Below, one piece after another: positions 38,955 through 51,675 of a DNA stretch of 64,000 nt. Source of the DNA: Vicinamibacterales bacterium (GTDB lineage: Bacteria; Acidobacteriota; Vicinamibacteria; Vicinamibacterales; CAVVIG01); contig CBDDJX010000003.1 in assembly GCA_965229885.1 (NCBI GenBank), forward strand, positions 1,424,452 through 1,488,451, in the 5' to 3' direction. Made by a program: the position numbers and the translations under genes. The first letter of the stretch is position 1, and the number at the start of each line of letters is the position of its first letter. A model generated the notes under the pieces. The model searched no databases. It worked only from the letters and a program-made list of their open reading frames with translations, and was not told where the DNA came from.

Positions 38955-41900
38955 CTATGCCTCGGCACGCGCCTCGGGCTTCGATTTGCGGAACAAGGCC
39001 GGCAGGCCCTCTTCGAAGATCGTGTAAACGGTCGGCACGAGCACCAGCGTGATGAGCAGCGAAGTCGTCAGGCCGCCAATCACGACGCGGGCCAGCGGAA
39101 CCTGGAGCTCGCTGCCTTCGCCGATCCCGAGCGACATCGGCACGAGGCCGAGCACGGTGGCGATCGACGTCATCAGAATCGGCCGCAGCCGGGTCCGGCC
39201 GGCGAGCTCAACCGCGTCGCGCAGCGGCAGGCCGTCGCGGCGCCGCAGCACGTTCGTGTAGTCGACGAGCAGGATGCCGTTGCTGACGACGATGCCGGCC
39301 AGCATGATGATGCCGATGTAGGCCTGCATGTTGAACGCGGTGCCCGTGAGCTTGAGGCCGAGGACGACGCCGATGGCCGCGGTCGGCACCGAGAACATGA
39401 TGATGAACGGATCGCGCAGCGACTCGTACTGCGAGGCCATCACCGCGTAGACGAGGACCAGCGCGAGGATCAGCACCATTCGGAGCTGGCCGAACGCCCG
39501 GGCCTGCTGCTCGACCTCGGCGCCGAAGCCGACGCTGAAGTCCTTCGGAAGCGCTAGGACGACCCGGGGCAACCGTTGCTGCACGGCCTCCACCGCTTCG
39601 CTCAACGTCGTTTCCGGTTCGGCGCTGACGTAGTTGATGCGCTGCTGGTTTTTTCGCTGGATCTGTGTCGGACCAACCGCGTCGTCGATGCTCATCAGGT
39701 TTTTCGCCTGCATGACGACGCCGCCCGCCGTGCTGACGAGCACGTTGTCGACGTCGTTCACGTCCTGGCGTTCGTCCTCCCGCAGGCGGACGATGATCGG
39801 ATACTCCTTGCCGGCCTCGCGGAACAGGGCGGCCTGCGTGCCGGACACGTTGGTGCGAATCGTGTTCGCCAGCGTGGTCGCGCTGACGCCCAGCAGAGCC
39901 GCTTTCGCTCTGTCGATCCGAACCGCGAGCTCGGGACGTCCGTCGTCGCGGCCGAGGCGCGAGTCGGCGATCCCCGGTGTGCTGTCCAGGAGGTCCTTGA
40001 GGGACTGGGCGACCCGCCTCGAGTCGGTCAGGTCCTCGCCGCGAATTTCCAGCGCGAGCCGGCCGCCGTCGTTGTTGCCGCCAGAGAGCAGGAAATTGAG
40101 AGCCCGGTTGCCCCCTGCCGCATTCGCGCGGGTCACCACGCCGGGGATCCCTGACAGCTGGCGTCGCAGATCCTGCGCAATCTCGTCGCTCGAACGCGTC
40201 CGCTCGTCCTTCGGCGTCAACAGGATGTTGATCCTGCCACGATGCATTCGAGCGCCGCCGAATCCGCCGCCACCGCCGGCGCTTACGATGACCGCAGTCG
40301 CCTCCGGTACGAGCTGGTTGATGGCCTCCTCGACCCGCTGGAGCACGGAATCGGTGACCTCAATGCGCGTCCCCTGCGCCAGCTCGACGTTCACGTTGAC
40401 CTGTCCTTCGTCGGCCTGCGTCGCGAACTCGGTCGGCAGCGTGGGGAAGATCACGGCGGCGGCGACAACCGAGGCCGCGGCGACGCCGACGACCGTGGGA
40501 CGGTGATTCAGCGCCGTGTGCAGCAGCCGGCGGTAGGCATTGTCCATCCTGTCCAGCGCCCGTTCGCTGAACATGGATACCTGTCCCATCAGTCCCTTCC
40601 GCTGGTCCACCGGCGGCGGAAGCTTCAGCAGCCTGGAACAGAGCACCGGCACGAGCGTGATGGCCACGAACAGCGACATGGCCAGCGAGAAGCAGACGAC
40701 CACCGACAGCTGCCGGAACATGACGCTGGAGATACCCGTTAGGAACAGGAGCGGCACGAAGACCGCGATGTGCGTGAGGATGGAAGCCAGAATCGCCGAC
40801 CAGACTTCCTCGCTGCCATCGATCGACGCGGTCACCCGGTCCTTGCCGTGGTGCTCCATGTGCCTGTACGAGTTCTCCAGCACGACGATCGCGGCGTCGA
40901 CGACCATGCCGACGCCGAGGGCCAGGCCGCCGAACGTCATCGTGTTCAGCGTCATGCCCGCGAAGTAGAGGAGCGCGAAGGTACCGACGACCGAGATTGG
41001 GATCGACGTGGCGACGATGAGCGTCGACCGGGGGCTTCGGAGGAACAGGAAGATGATGAGAATGACGAGCACGGAACCGACCATGACGTGTTCCGACACG
41101 GCGGTGATGGCGCGCTCGATGAACTTCGCATTGTCCTGGAGCAACGTCAGCTTGATGCCGGGCACCTCGCGGTTGACCCGCTCGATTTCCGCGCGAACGC
41201 TACGCGCAATCTCCACGGTGTTGGTCCCCGACTGCTTGGTCACCTGGAGGCGGACGCCGGGCTTGCCGTTGATGCGGAGGACAGAGCGCGCGTCTTCGGT
41301 CGAATCGGTAATATCGGCGATGTCCTTCAGGTAGACCGGCACGCCGGCCTTCGCCAAGATGACGAGGTTGCCGATCTGATCGAGGTTCTCGAACTGACCC
41401 TGACTGCGGAGCAGGAATGCCCGGTCCCCGCGATAGATCTCGCCAATCGGGATATTCTGATTCTCCGTCCGCAGAACGCTGACGACGCGGTCGACCGACA
41501 GGTCGAGCGCAGTGGTCCGTTCCCTGGACAGCGCGACGTGGATTTGGCGACGAAGGCCGCCACTCACGGTTACGGCGGCGACTCCGATCACGCGCTCGAG
41601 CCGCGGGGAGAGCTGCTGTTCGGCCAGCTCGCGCAATTGCACGCGATCGAGCGTCCCGTTGGTGCTTTCGACCGCGAGGCTGAGAATGGGGAAGGAATTC
41701 GGGTCGAACTTCAGAATGATCGGCGGGTCGGCGTCTTCGGGCAGGCGGGCCCGGACGCGGTCGATGCGCGTGCGGATGTCGTCCATCGCCTCGTTGAGGT
41801 CGTGGCCCCACGTGAAGTTCAGCCGAATCTGGCTGTTGCCCTCCGATGAGGTCGAGTTCATCTGTTGAAGGCCGGAGACCGCGCTGAGCTGCTGCTCGAG

Positions 41901-42098
41901 GGGCCGCGTCACCAGTTCTTCCATCTCGAGCGGACCGACGCCCGTGTAATTCACCCGGACGCTGACCGTTGGCGTCGAGATGTCCGGCAGCAGATCCACC
42001 GGCAGTCGGGTCAGCGAGATGCCCCCGAGCAGGATGATGATCGCACTGATCATCGACATCATCACCGGACGCTGAATGGCGAAGCGCGGAATGCTCAT
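38955..42098 (-). CDS. RND efflux transporter permease (AcrB/HAE1-like)
   Basis: 1047 aa. N-terminus [39 protein letters not shown]. 12-TM RND architecture. Confidence 0.92.
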   Translation of the reverse strand: MSIPRFAIQRPVMMSMISAIIILLGGISLTRLPVDLLPDISTPTVSVRVNYTGVGPLEMEELVTRPLEQQLSAVSGLQQMNSTSSEGNSQIRLNFTWGHDLNEAMDDIRTRIDRVRARLPEDADPPIILKFDPNSFPILSLAVESTNGTLDRVQLRELAEQQLSPRLERVIGVAAVTVSGGLRRQIHVALSRERTTALDLSVDRVVSVLRTENQNIPIGEIYRGDRAFLLRSQGQFENLDQIGNLVILAKAGVPVYLKDIADITDSTEDARSVLRINGKPGVRLQVTKQSGTNTVEIARSVRAEIERVNREVPGIKLTLLQDNAKFIERAITAVSEHVMVGSVLVILIIFLFLRSPRSTLIVATSIPISVVGTFALLYFAGMTLNTMTFGGLALGVGMVVDAAIVVLENSYRHMEHHGKDRVTASIDGSEEVWSAILASILTHIAVFVPLLFLTGISSVMFRQLSVVVCFSLAMSLFVAITLVPVLCSRLLKLPPPVDQRKGLMGQVSMFSERALDRMDNAYRRLLHTALNHRPTVVGVAAASVVAAAVIFPTLPTEFATQADEGQVNVNVELAQGTRIEVTDSVLQRVEEAINQLVPEATAVIVSAGGGGGFGGARMHRGRINILLTPKDERTRSSDEIAQDLRRQLSGIPGVVTRANAAGGNRALNFLLSGGNNDGGRLALEIRGEDLTDSRRVAQSLKDLLDSTPGIADSRLGRDDGRPELAVRIDRAKAALLGVSATTLANTIRTNVSGTQAALFREAGKEYPIIVRLREDERQDVNDVDNVLVSTAGGVVMQAKNLMSIDDAVGPTQIQRKNQQRINYVSAEPETTLSEAVEAVQQRLPRVVLALPKDFSVGFGAEVEQQARAFGQLRMVLILALVLVYAVMASQYESLRDPFIIMFSVPTAAIGVVLGLKLTGTAFNMQAYIGIIMLAGIVVSNGILLVDYTNVLRRRDGLPLRDAVELAGRTRLRPILMTSIATVLGLVPMSLGIGEGSELQVPLARVVIGGLTTSLLITLVLVPTVYTIFEEGLPALFRKSKPEARAEA

Positions 42099-42172
42099 GC
42101 GGACTCCTCGAGGCTCGTTAATCGGAGTTCACGACACCCTGACGCGCGCGCGATTGACGCGCGCCTGATCGA

Positions 42173-43516
42173 TCAGGACCGCGGGGCGCCGCCCGGGTTC
42201 GGATTGCCCTGGTCTCCGCCCTGACCACCCTGGCCGCCCTGACCCGGATTTCCATCGCGGCCGCCGCCGCGGCCCCCACGACCGCCGCCGCCCGCGGCGC
42301 CGCCCTGACCGGCGGTCTGTCCTGACAGAAGAACGCGATCGCCCTCGCGAAGGGCCGCGGCGCCCGTCGTCACGACGTTGTCGCCTTCCGCAAGTCCTGA
42401 GGTCACCTCGGCGAGTGTCTGATTGACGATGCCGACGTCAATCTTCTTGAAGTGCGCCACCGCGCCCTGCTCAGTCGCACTGGCCGTGAACACGCCGCGA
42501 TTGCCGCCGAGATCGACCAGCGCCGTGGTGGGGATGACCAGCGTGTTGTCTTTCCTGTCTAGGGTGAACGCCACCTTGGCATACATGCCCGGCTTGAGGC
42601 GGAATCGGGGGTTGGCAATCTCGACCTCGATTTGTCCTGTTCGCGTCCCTGGATCGAGCACCGGCGCAATATGGGCGACGCGGCCGACGAATGTCTCGCC
42701 CGGGTAGGCATCCACTTCCACATGCGCGGGCAGGCCCAGCGTGATGCGCCGGATGTCCTTTTCGATGATGTTCGCGATGAGCCGGACCACCCCAATGTCG
42801 ACCACTGAAATGAACGGCGTGTTCGGCGTGATCCACGCACCAGGATCGAGCACCCGCCTGCCGACAAAGCCGCTGACTGGCGATGCGATGATGGTATTGG
42901 CGAGATTGATTTTCAACTCGTCGAGCCGCGCCTGCGTCTGCGCGTGCTGTGCCCGCGCGAGATCGAGCTGGGCGACGGCGGCCTGTTGCCGGACGTCGAT
43001 GTCGTCGAAGGTCTGCTTCGGAATCAGTTGACGCTCGTAGAGGTTGCGTGAGCGTTCCAGGTTCGTCTGCGCGAGCCGCAAATCAGCCTCGCGCTGACGA
43101 ATCGTCGCCGCCGACACGTCATAAGAGGCCTTCGCTTGTTTCACCTGTTGCTGGATCTCCCGGTCTTCGACCTTGGCGATCGTCTGCCCGCGGCTCACGC
43201 GGTCCCCCAGACGGACCGACACGTATTCGAGCCGCCCGGCGACCTTGGGCCCTGTTTCGACCGTCTGCGCGCCTACCAGATTGCCGACCACGGTGATTTG
43301 CGTCGCCATGTCGGCCCGCTTGACCGCCGCCGTTTCCACAGTCATCGGCAACCGCAGCCCGCCGCCGCCAGGTCCCCGAAATCCGCCGCCACCGCGGAAG
43401 CCCCCCTGGCCTCCGCCGGCCGCACCTGCCTGAGCGGTGTCGCCGCGTGTCGAGTAATACGCCCCGGCGCCGACCACGGCGGCGAGGACTCCAATCACAA
43501 TAATCGAGCGTTCCAT
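42173..43516 (-). CDS. RND efflux periplasmic adaptor (membrane fusion protein) with Gly/Arg-rich termini
   Basis: ATG at 43516 (MERSIIVIGVLAAVVGAGAYY). Lipoyl/hairpin/barrel pattern (IASPVSGFVGRR, GMYAKV). The long ORF extension to 43996 overlaps the TolC gene and is rejected. Confidence 0.88.
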   Translation of the reverse strand: MERSIIVIGVLAAVVGAGAYYSTRGDTAQAGAAGGGQGGFRGGGGFRGPGGGGLRLPMTVETAAVKRADMATQITVVGNLVGAQTVETGPKVAGRLEYVSVRLGDRVSRGQTIAKVEDREIQQQVKQAKASYDVSAATIRQREADLRLAQTNLERSRNLYERQLIPKQTFDDIDVRQQAAVAQLDLARAQHAQTQARLDELKINLANTIIASPVSGFVGRRVLDPGAWITPNTPFISVVDIGVVRLIANIIEKDIRRITLGLPAHVEVDAYPGETFVGRVAHIAPVLDPGTRTGQIEVEIANPRFRLKPGMYAKVAFTLDRKDNTLVIPTTALVDLGGNRGVFTASATEQGAVAHFKKIDVGIVNQTLAEVTSGLAEGDNVVTTGAAALREGDRVLLSGQTAGQGGAAGGGGRGGRGGGRDGNPGQGGQGGQGGDQGNPNPGGAPRS

Positions 43517-43584
43517 GATGCTCCGTGTTCCGTCACACTTCGTTGGACGTGGATCCGGCTCAAGCCAGCCCCCACATCGCCGAG

Positions 43585-45282
43585 CTACCTGCCGAGAATG
43601 GTGATATTCGAGGTCGTCGTCGACGTCTGCTGGAGCCGCTCCAGCTCCACCACCGAACGCCGGTAGGCCAGAATCGCCGACAGTTCGTTGTTCTGTGCGG
43701 TTGCGAGATCGCGCTGCGACTGCACCACGAAATAGTTGGTCGACATGCCGACTTCGAACTTGCTCTGTTCGGCTTCGTACTGCTTCTGCGCGAACTCCCG
43801 GGCCGCCTGGGCGGCCTGCACCCGCTCGATGTTGTTCTGCACCTGCGTCGCGGCGTTGGTGACGTCGCTGGCGATCTGCAGCTCGATCTGTTTGAGCTGC
43901 GCTTCTACCTGGTTCGACTGCAGGCGGGCGCGAGCCAGCGAGGCCTCCTGCGCACTCGTGCCAAGCGGGTAGCTCACGTTGACGCCCAATACCCATGTCG
44001 GATAGTCGCCATGAAGCAACGTGCTTAACGCATCGCTGTAACCGCCGGGAATCACACCGGTGACCATGCGGCTGACGCCGTTTCCGCTCGAGATGAACTG
44101 GGTGCCGCCCTGACCGACGAGGGTATACCGGGCGGTAAAGTCCACCTGCGGCAACGTCTGGTTGGTCATGTACTTCAAGGTGACGTTGTTGACTTCGAGA
44201 TTCTTCCGCACCTGCGAGAGGTCGGTGCGCACGTCGAGCGCCCGCTTGACGGCTGCCGTCACATCGACGGTCACCGGCTCGAACCCCGGCCGATCCAGAG
44301 GATCGATCGTCGCGTTCCAGTTGGGGTCCTCGGTGCCGTTGACGATCAGCCGCTTGAGGCTTAACTCGTTCGTCCGGCGAGTGCCCTCCGCAATGGCGAG
44401 GTTCTGCCGCTGGGTGGCCGCCTGCGATTGCGCCTGGATGATGTCGATCGGGGCCATGGTCCCGATTTCGACCCGCGTCCGGTTGTCGTTGACGAGCTGC
44501 TCGGCGAGCGCGACCGACCGGCGGGCGACTTCGACCGACTGCACCGCAAACACGTAATCCCAGTAGGCGTTCCTGACGTTCGACAGCGTGTTGATGATCG
44601 TCGCCTGCAGCTGGATTTCCGAAATGTCCTGGTTCAGCTTCGTCACGGCGAGCTGCTGCCTGGTGTTGTCGATTTTGAAGTTCCGGAGCAGCGGCTGTAC
44701 GTAAAGTGCCGACCAGGTATTGCTGAAGTTCGGATTGAACAGCGCCGTGGTGCTGTTGGTCGTCCCGCGGTTGTTATTGACGGTCGCCGTGAGCGTGCCG
44801 CCGCCCCGCGACAGGCTCTGCGAGAGGCCGCCGTTGAAAGTGGTCGTGTCCCGAAGCACGCCGGCGCCGACGGAGCCTCCCGAGGTCGTCTGCGTGGACG
44901 GGTTCGTCTGCGACTGGCGTGAAATCGTGGACGTCAGCGTCGGCTTGTACACCGCGTTCAGGCTCGCGAGCGAGAAGTCGAAGGTCTGCGGGTTGAGGCG
45001 CTGCACGGAGATGTCGAGGTTGCGATCGAGCGCGAGCTTGATCGCGTCGTCGAGCGTCAGCCGCGCGATCGGGCGGTCGTTCTGGCCGGCCACGGTCTCC
45101 GCGGAGGGTGGTGCCGTCGCGGTGGTGGGGTCCACCCCTGCGCGGAGTGCCGCTTCGCGAATCAAGTCCGCGACGCGTTGATCGGTGATCCGGGTCTGTG
45201 CCGCAGCATTCGAGGCCGTGGCCAGCGCACATACCACGCAGGCCACCAGCCACGCCAATCCGTTCGTCCCGTTGGGTTTCAT
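43585..45282 (-). CDS. TolC-family outer-membrane efflux protein
   Basis: Signal peptide MKPNGTNGLAWLVACVVCALATASNAAAQ, with the two-repeat OEP pattern. Confidence 0.88.
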   Translation of the reverse strand: MKPNGTNGLAWLVACVVCALATASNAAAQTRITDQRVADLIREAALRAGVDPTTATAPPSAETVAGQNDRPIARLTLDDAIKLALDRNLDISVQRLNPQTFDFSLASLNAVYKPTLTSTISRQSQTNPSTQTTSGGSVGAGVLRDTTTFNGGLSQSLSRGGGTLTATVNNNRGTTNSTTALFNPNFSNTWSALYVQPLLRNFKIDNTRQQLAVTKLNQDISEIQLQATIINTLSNVRNAYWDYVFAVQSVEVARRSVALAEQLVNDNRTRVEIGTMAPIDIIQAQSQAATQRQNLAIAEGTRRTNELSLKRLIVNGTEDPNWNATIDPLDRPGFEPVTVDVTAAVKRALDVRTDLSQVRKNLEVNNVTLKYMTNQTLPQVDFTARYTLVGQGGTQFISSGNGVSRMVTGVIPGGYSDALSTLLHGDYPTWVLGVNVSYPLGTSAQEASLARARLQSNQVEAQLKQIELQIASDVTNAATQVQNNIERVQAAQAAREFAQKQYEAEQSKFEVGMSTNYFVVQSQRDLATAQNNELSAILAYRRSVVELERLQQTSTTTSNITILGR

Positions 45283-45313
45283 CTCTCAGGTCCTCAGCGA
45301 AAAGTGGAATCGG

Positions 45314-45796
45314 CTAAGCGGGATGCTTGGGCGAGCCCCCGGGAGAGCTTGTCCCCGTTGGGCGACAGCCCGCCTCGTTGTCACGCCGCTCCTGCCGCTC
45401 TTTCATCCAGCGATCGCGGAGCGCGCCGAGTTTGAGGCGCTGCTCAGGCTTGAGCACCTGACGCATGTGCAGGAGCATGAGCGTGCGTGTCTTGTTCAAG
45501 GTCGAGCGCGCGGCCTCGACGCGATCGACCTGCTGCGTGACCTCGGCTTCGGTCGCGATCGCCTCGATGAGATGCGACAACTTTGCTTCGAGACGATCCA
45601 GCTCGTCCTTCTGCGTCCGAAGTTGCGCGATGCCTTCCTGGAAAATGCCGCCGATCTTTGTCGACTGCTCGGTCGAGAGCGCGAGCGTCGGCTCCATTTT
45701 CCACCAGTACCGCTGAACCGGCTGGGCGGCGGCCGCGGTCGAACACGACAGCGCGAACACGACGGCCAGCACGCGGCGGCGCAGAGAGGGAATCAT
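45314..45796 (-). CDS. Spy/CpxP/ZraP-family periplasmic protein (LTxxQ motifs)
   Basis: GAGG RBS and ATG at 45796. Signal MIPSLRRRVLAVVFALSCSTAAAAQ. LSTEQSTKI and LKPEQRLKL motifs in a helical protein. Confidence 0.6.
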   Translation of the reverse strand: MIPSLRRRVLAVVFALSCSTAAAAQPVQRYWWKMEPTLALSTEQSTKIGGIFQEGIAQLRTQKDELDRLEAKLSHLIEAIATEAEVTQQVDRVEAARSTLNKTRTLMLLHMRQVLKPEQRLKLGALRDRWMKERQERRDNEAGCRPTGTSSPGGSPKHPA

Positions 45797-45834
45797 TCGG
45801 TTACCTCGAGGGAAAATCAACGCTTCATGAGAGG

Positions 45835-45863
45835 AATACGATGGCAGGCTCGGATGTGTTTCC
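45835..45863 (-). promoter_or_regulatory. Candidate ECF-type promoter upstream of the Spy-like/TolC/MFP/RND cluster
   Basis: Minus strand GGAAACacatccgagcctgccatCGTATT (AAC, 17 nt, CGT), about 35 nt before the start codon. It shares G.AAACAC.T-N-CGTA.T with the site upstream of the ECF sigma gene. Confidence 0.4.
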
Positions 45864-45937
45864 TGACCCCGGCGTCTTCTCCGAATTGTCACAGTCGTGC
45901 CGCTTCAATGGCTAACGTCTTGAATACTAATGGGTTA

Positions 45938-47122
45938 TCAGAGGCTGCCGCCGGTAAACTGAGCCAGTTTCAGCACCACGTCCCCCACGAGATTGTCGGG
46001 GGTGGACGCTCCCGATGTCAGACCAATCGAGATCGGCCCGCCGGATGGCAACCACGCCGAAGCCGTCACTTCTGTTCTTGTTCCTACGGGCAGATGGCGG
46101 ATCTCGTCAGGCGACACGAGGCATTCGGGGTCGGCGACGTGAAACGTGGGCCGCGAGGCGGCGCAGATGCGCGCCAGGTTGCACGTGTTGCTGCTGTTGT
46201 ACCCCCCGATGACGATCGTCATATCGACGGGAATGTCGCGAAGCAGCGCGACCACCGCATCCTGGCGATCCTGGGTTGCGCTGCAGATGGTGTCGAATGC
46301 CTGAAAATGCTGGATGAAGTCGACTTCTCCGTACCGGTCGGCCATCGCCGCCTTGAGCATCTTCTCGATCTCGAGCGACTCCGACATCAGCATCGTGGTC
46401 TGATTCGCGAGACCCACACGCTGGAGATCGCGCTCCGGATCGAAATCGGCTGATACCGCGTTGCGGAAGCGGGCGAGTACAGCGCCCGCGTCTCCGCCGT
46501 CTCGAATGTAGTCGCTGACCACCTTCGCCTCGGCGTCGTTGAACAACACGAGAAAGTGCCCGCCGTGCTCGACCGCCTGGGACGCGGTGGCCTGCGTTTC
46601 CTCGTGCCACACTTTGCCGTGGATGACGGAGGTGTAGCCGCCTTCGGCGTACCGGCGGACGTTCTTCCACACGTTCAGCACCGACCCGCAGGTCGTGTCG
46701 ATCAGCGTGCATCCGCGCCGCTCGAGCTGCTGCAGCATCGACACCGTGACGCCGAACGCCGGCAGGATGACGACATCGCCGGACGCGAGCCGCTCAATGC
46801 CGCCGGGTGCGTCGCTGAGAAAGCGAACGTCCATGGCGCGCAGCCGGTCGTTCACCTGAGGGTTATGAATGATCTCGCCGGTCAGGTAGACGGACCGGTC
46901 AGGAAACCGCCGGCGTGCCTGGTAGGCGTAATCCACTGCGCGATCGACGCCGTAGCAGAACCCGAACTCTCGAGCGAGATGTAGCGTCAGACGCCCCGCG
47001 CGGTAGGTGAAGCCGTCGGCCTTGATCTGTTCGACGAGGCCGCTGTGATAGCTTTCGGCCAGCAGGCCGGCGACCTCGTGTTTGAGGTCGAGGCCTTTGC
47101 GGAAGATCAGTGAAGGAGACAA
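45938..47122 (-). CDS. ispH: 4-hydroxy-3-methylbut-2-enyl diphosphate reductase (long form)
   Basis: FGFCYGVDRAV, TTCGSVLNVW, ICSATQDRQDA and GGYNSSNTCNL motifs. There is no ATG upstream of the first Cys motif. TTG at 47122 lies 1 nt after the anti-sigma stop, so the start is uncertain. Confidence 0.85.
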   Translation of the reverse strand: MSPSLIFRKGLDLKHEVAGLLAESYHSGLVEQIKADGFTYRAGRLTLHLAREFGFCYGVDRAVDYAYQARRRFPDRSVYLTGEIIHNPQVNDRLRAMDVRFLSDAPGGIERLASGDVVILPAFGVTVSMLQQLERRGCTLIDTTCGSVLNVWKNVRRYAEGGYTSVIHGKVWHEETQATASQAVEHGGHFLVLFNDAEAKVVSDYIRDGGDAGAVLARFRNAVSADFDPERDLQRVGLANQTTMLMSESLEIEKMLKAAMADRYGEVDFIQHFQAFDTICSATQDRQDAVVALLRDIPVDMTIVIGGYNSSNTCNLARICAASRPTFHVADPECLVSPDEIRHLPVGTRTEVTASAWLPSGGPISIGLTSGASTPDNLVGDVVLKLAQFTGGSL

Positions 47123-47123
47123 G

Positions 47124-47780
47124 TTATCGCAGCTGGACGCGAACGTCGAGAACGTCGCGCACGTGAGGCGTGAGCTCGTCGAGCGCGACGAGCTCACGGG
47201 TATACGGCCGTTCCAATGCGAGCTCGAGCTCCGAGAGAAACGGCTCGTTGCCGTCACTGACCGGCGCGGACACGAAAGCGGGAGCCTCCGCCGGAACGGG
47301 CGCGCCGGGGGAGGCGGCGGGCGCGGCGATGTTCCTGCCCGCCACGACCTGCCGCCCGCCCGCAGGCGGCGCCTGCGAATAATAGACGCCACCCACGCCA
47401 AGGCCGATGAACAGGCCGGCGGCAGCGGCCACGCTGATCCAGCGGCGCGACACGCGCGAGCTTGCGCTCGGCGCCGGCTGGCCAGGCGGATGGCCGGGGA
47501 AACTGATCACGCGGGCGTGATGGCCCAGGTGCTTGACGCGGCGGGCAATGTGCTGCTGCTGCGCGCGCTGCCGCTCCGCAGGAAAGATCTCGGCGAGCTC
47601 GGAGTCGGCCTCTGCGCGCAGCCCAGCCATGAAGCGCCGGAGGCCGCCGTAGCGGGCGCGGCACTCGGCGCAATCGGTCAGGTGTTCAGCCGCCGGCGGT
47701 TCGAGCGGCTCGCCGCCCTGTTCGGCGAGATAGCACTCGAACAGATCGTCTTCCCGGAGGTGATGCGCGCGAAAGATCAC
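47124..47780 (-). CDS. Anti-sigma factor (zf-HC2, single TM)
   Basis: HLTDCAECRARY (H-x3-C-x2-C), TM WISVAAAAGLFIGLGVGGVYY, GTGA overlap with the sigma gene. Confidence 0.75.
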   Translation of the reverse strand: MIFRAHHLREDDLFECYLAEQGGEPLEPPAAEHLTDCAECRARYGGLRRFMAGLRAEADSELAEIFPAERQRAQQQHIARRVKHLGHHARVISFPGHPPGQPAPSASSRVSRRWISVAAAAGLFIGLGVGGVYYSQAPPAGGRQVVAGRNIAAPAASPGAPVPAEAPAFVSAPVSDGNEPFLSELELALERPYTRELVALDELTPHVRDVLDVRVQLR

Positions 47781-48472
47781 GGGCGACCTCCCAGTAGGCG
47801 GCGCAGCTTACGCGCGGCGCGAAACAAGTGGACGCGCACGGTCGATTCCTTGAGGCCCATCATCGCGCCGACTTCTCGCGGCGTGTGGTCGCCGTAGTGC
47901 GACAGCACGAAAATCGACCGCTGCCGGCCGTCGAGCCGGTCGACCGCCGCCGCCAGGCGCGCACGCCGCTCGCGAGCGAGCAGCCGCGCTTCCGGATCGA
48001 GGGCGGCGGTGCCGCCGAAGGCCGGCCGTGCCTCTTCGGCAAGGCGCGCCACGTCAGTCGACACGAACCAGCGGGCCAGGCGCGACCTCGCTTTCCGTCG
48101 ATCGAGGCACCCATTGACGAGAATTCGGGTGAGCCACACTTCGAAGGGCCACGCCTCGCGATACGATTCGATGTGGCCGAACGCCTTGATAAAGGCATCC
48201 TGCACCGCCTCGTCGGCTTCGGCCGTATCGCGCAGGTACTGGTGCGCAATTCGCATGGCCCGGCGCTGATGAATGGCCACGAGTGCTGCGAAGCGCTCGC
48301 GCGCCGGGTCGAGCGTGCCGTGGACGACGAGGTCGCGAATCTCGACCGCAATCCGTGTGTCGTCCGACAACGGCGGCGCAACCGGCCGGTGATCCCTTGG
48401 CGGGAGGCCGACGCCTGCCATCTTCGCGGAAGCGCTGTCGACGCCGGAAGCGGTTCGATGCTCACCACTCAT
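47777..48472 (-). CDS. ECF (group 4) RNA polymerase sigma factor
   Basis: Region 2 EADEAVQDAFIKAF...WLTRILVNGCLDRRK and region 4 IFVLSHYGDHTPREVGAMMGLKESTVRVHLFRARKLR-like. An alternative start is 17 codons downstream. Confidence 0.85.
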   Translation of the reverse strand: MSGEHRTASGVDSASAKMAGVGLPPRDHRPVAPPLSDDTRIAVEIRDLVVHGTLDPARERFAALVAIHQRRAMRIAHQYLRDTAEADEAVQDAFIKAFGHIESYREAWPFEVWLTRILVNGCLDRRKARSRLARWFVSTDVARLAEEARPAFGGTAALDPEARLLARERRARLAAAVDRLDGRQRSIFVLSHYGDHTPREVGAMMGLKESTVRVHLFRAARKLRRLLGGRP

Positions 48473-48478
48473 AGATTC

Positions 48479-48507
48479 ATTACGTTAACGAGCACGTAAG
48501 TGTTTAC
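48479..48507 (-). promoter_or_regulatory. Candidate autoregulated ECF-type promoter
   Basis: Minus strand GTAAACacttacgtgctcgttaaCGTAAT, ending 6 nt before the annotated ATG. Confidence 0.4.
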
Positions 48508-48532
48508 AGTGTACCCGAAGGACTCGGCTGGC

Positions 48533-48561
48533 TTGACTGATGCCGGATGCCCGAGTAGGAT
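48533..48561 (+). promoter_or_regulatory. Candidate sigma-70 promoter for pckA
   Basis: TTGACT, 17 nt, TAGGAT, about 48 nt upstream of the GTG start. Confidence 0.45.
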
Positions 48562-48609
48562 TCTAGAATCGGCTATGTTACTGACCCACCACACGTTAAA
48601 GGATTCCAA

Positions 48610-51654
<3,045 letters not shown>

Positions 51655-51675
51655 ACTGATGTTCCTCATCAGATA

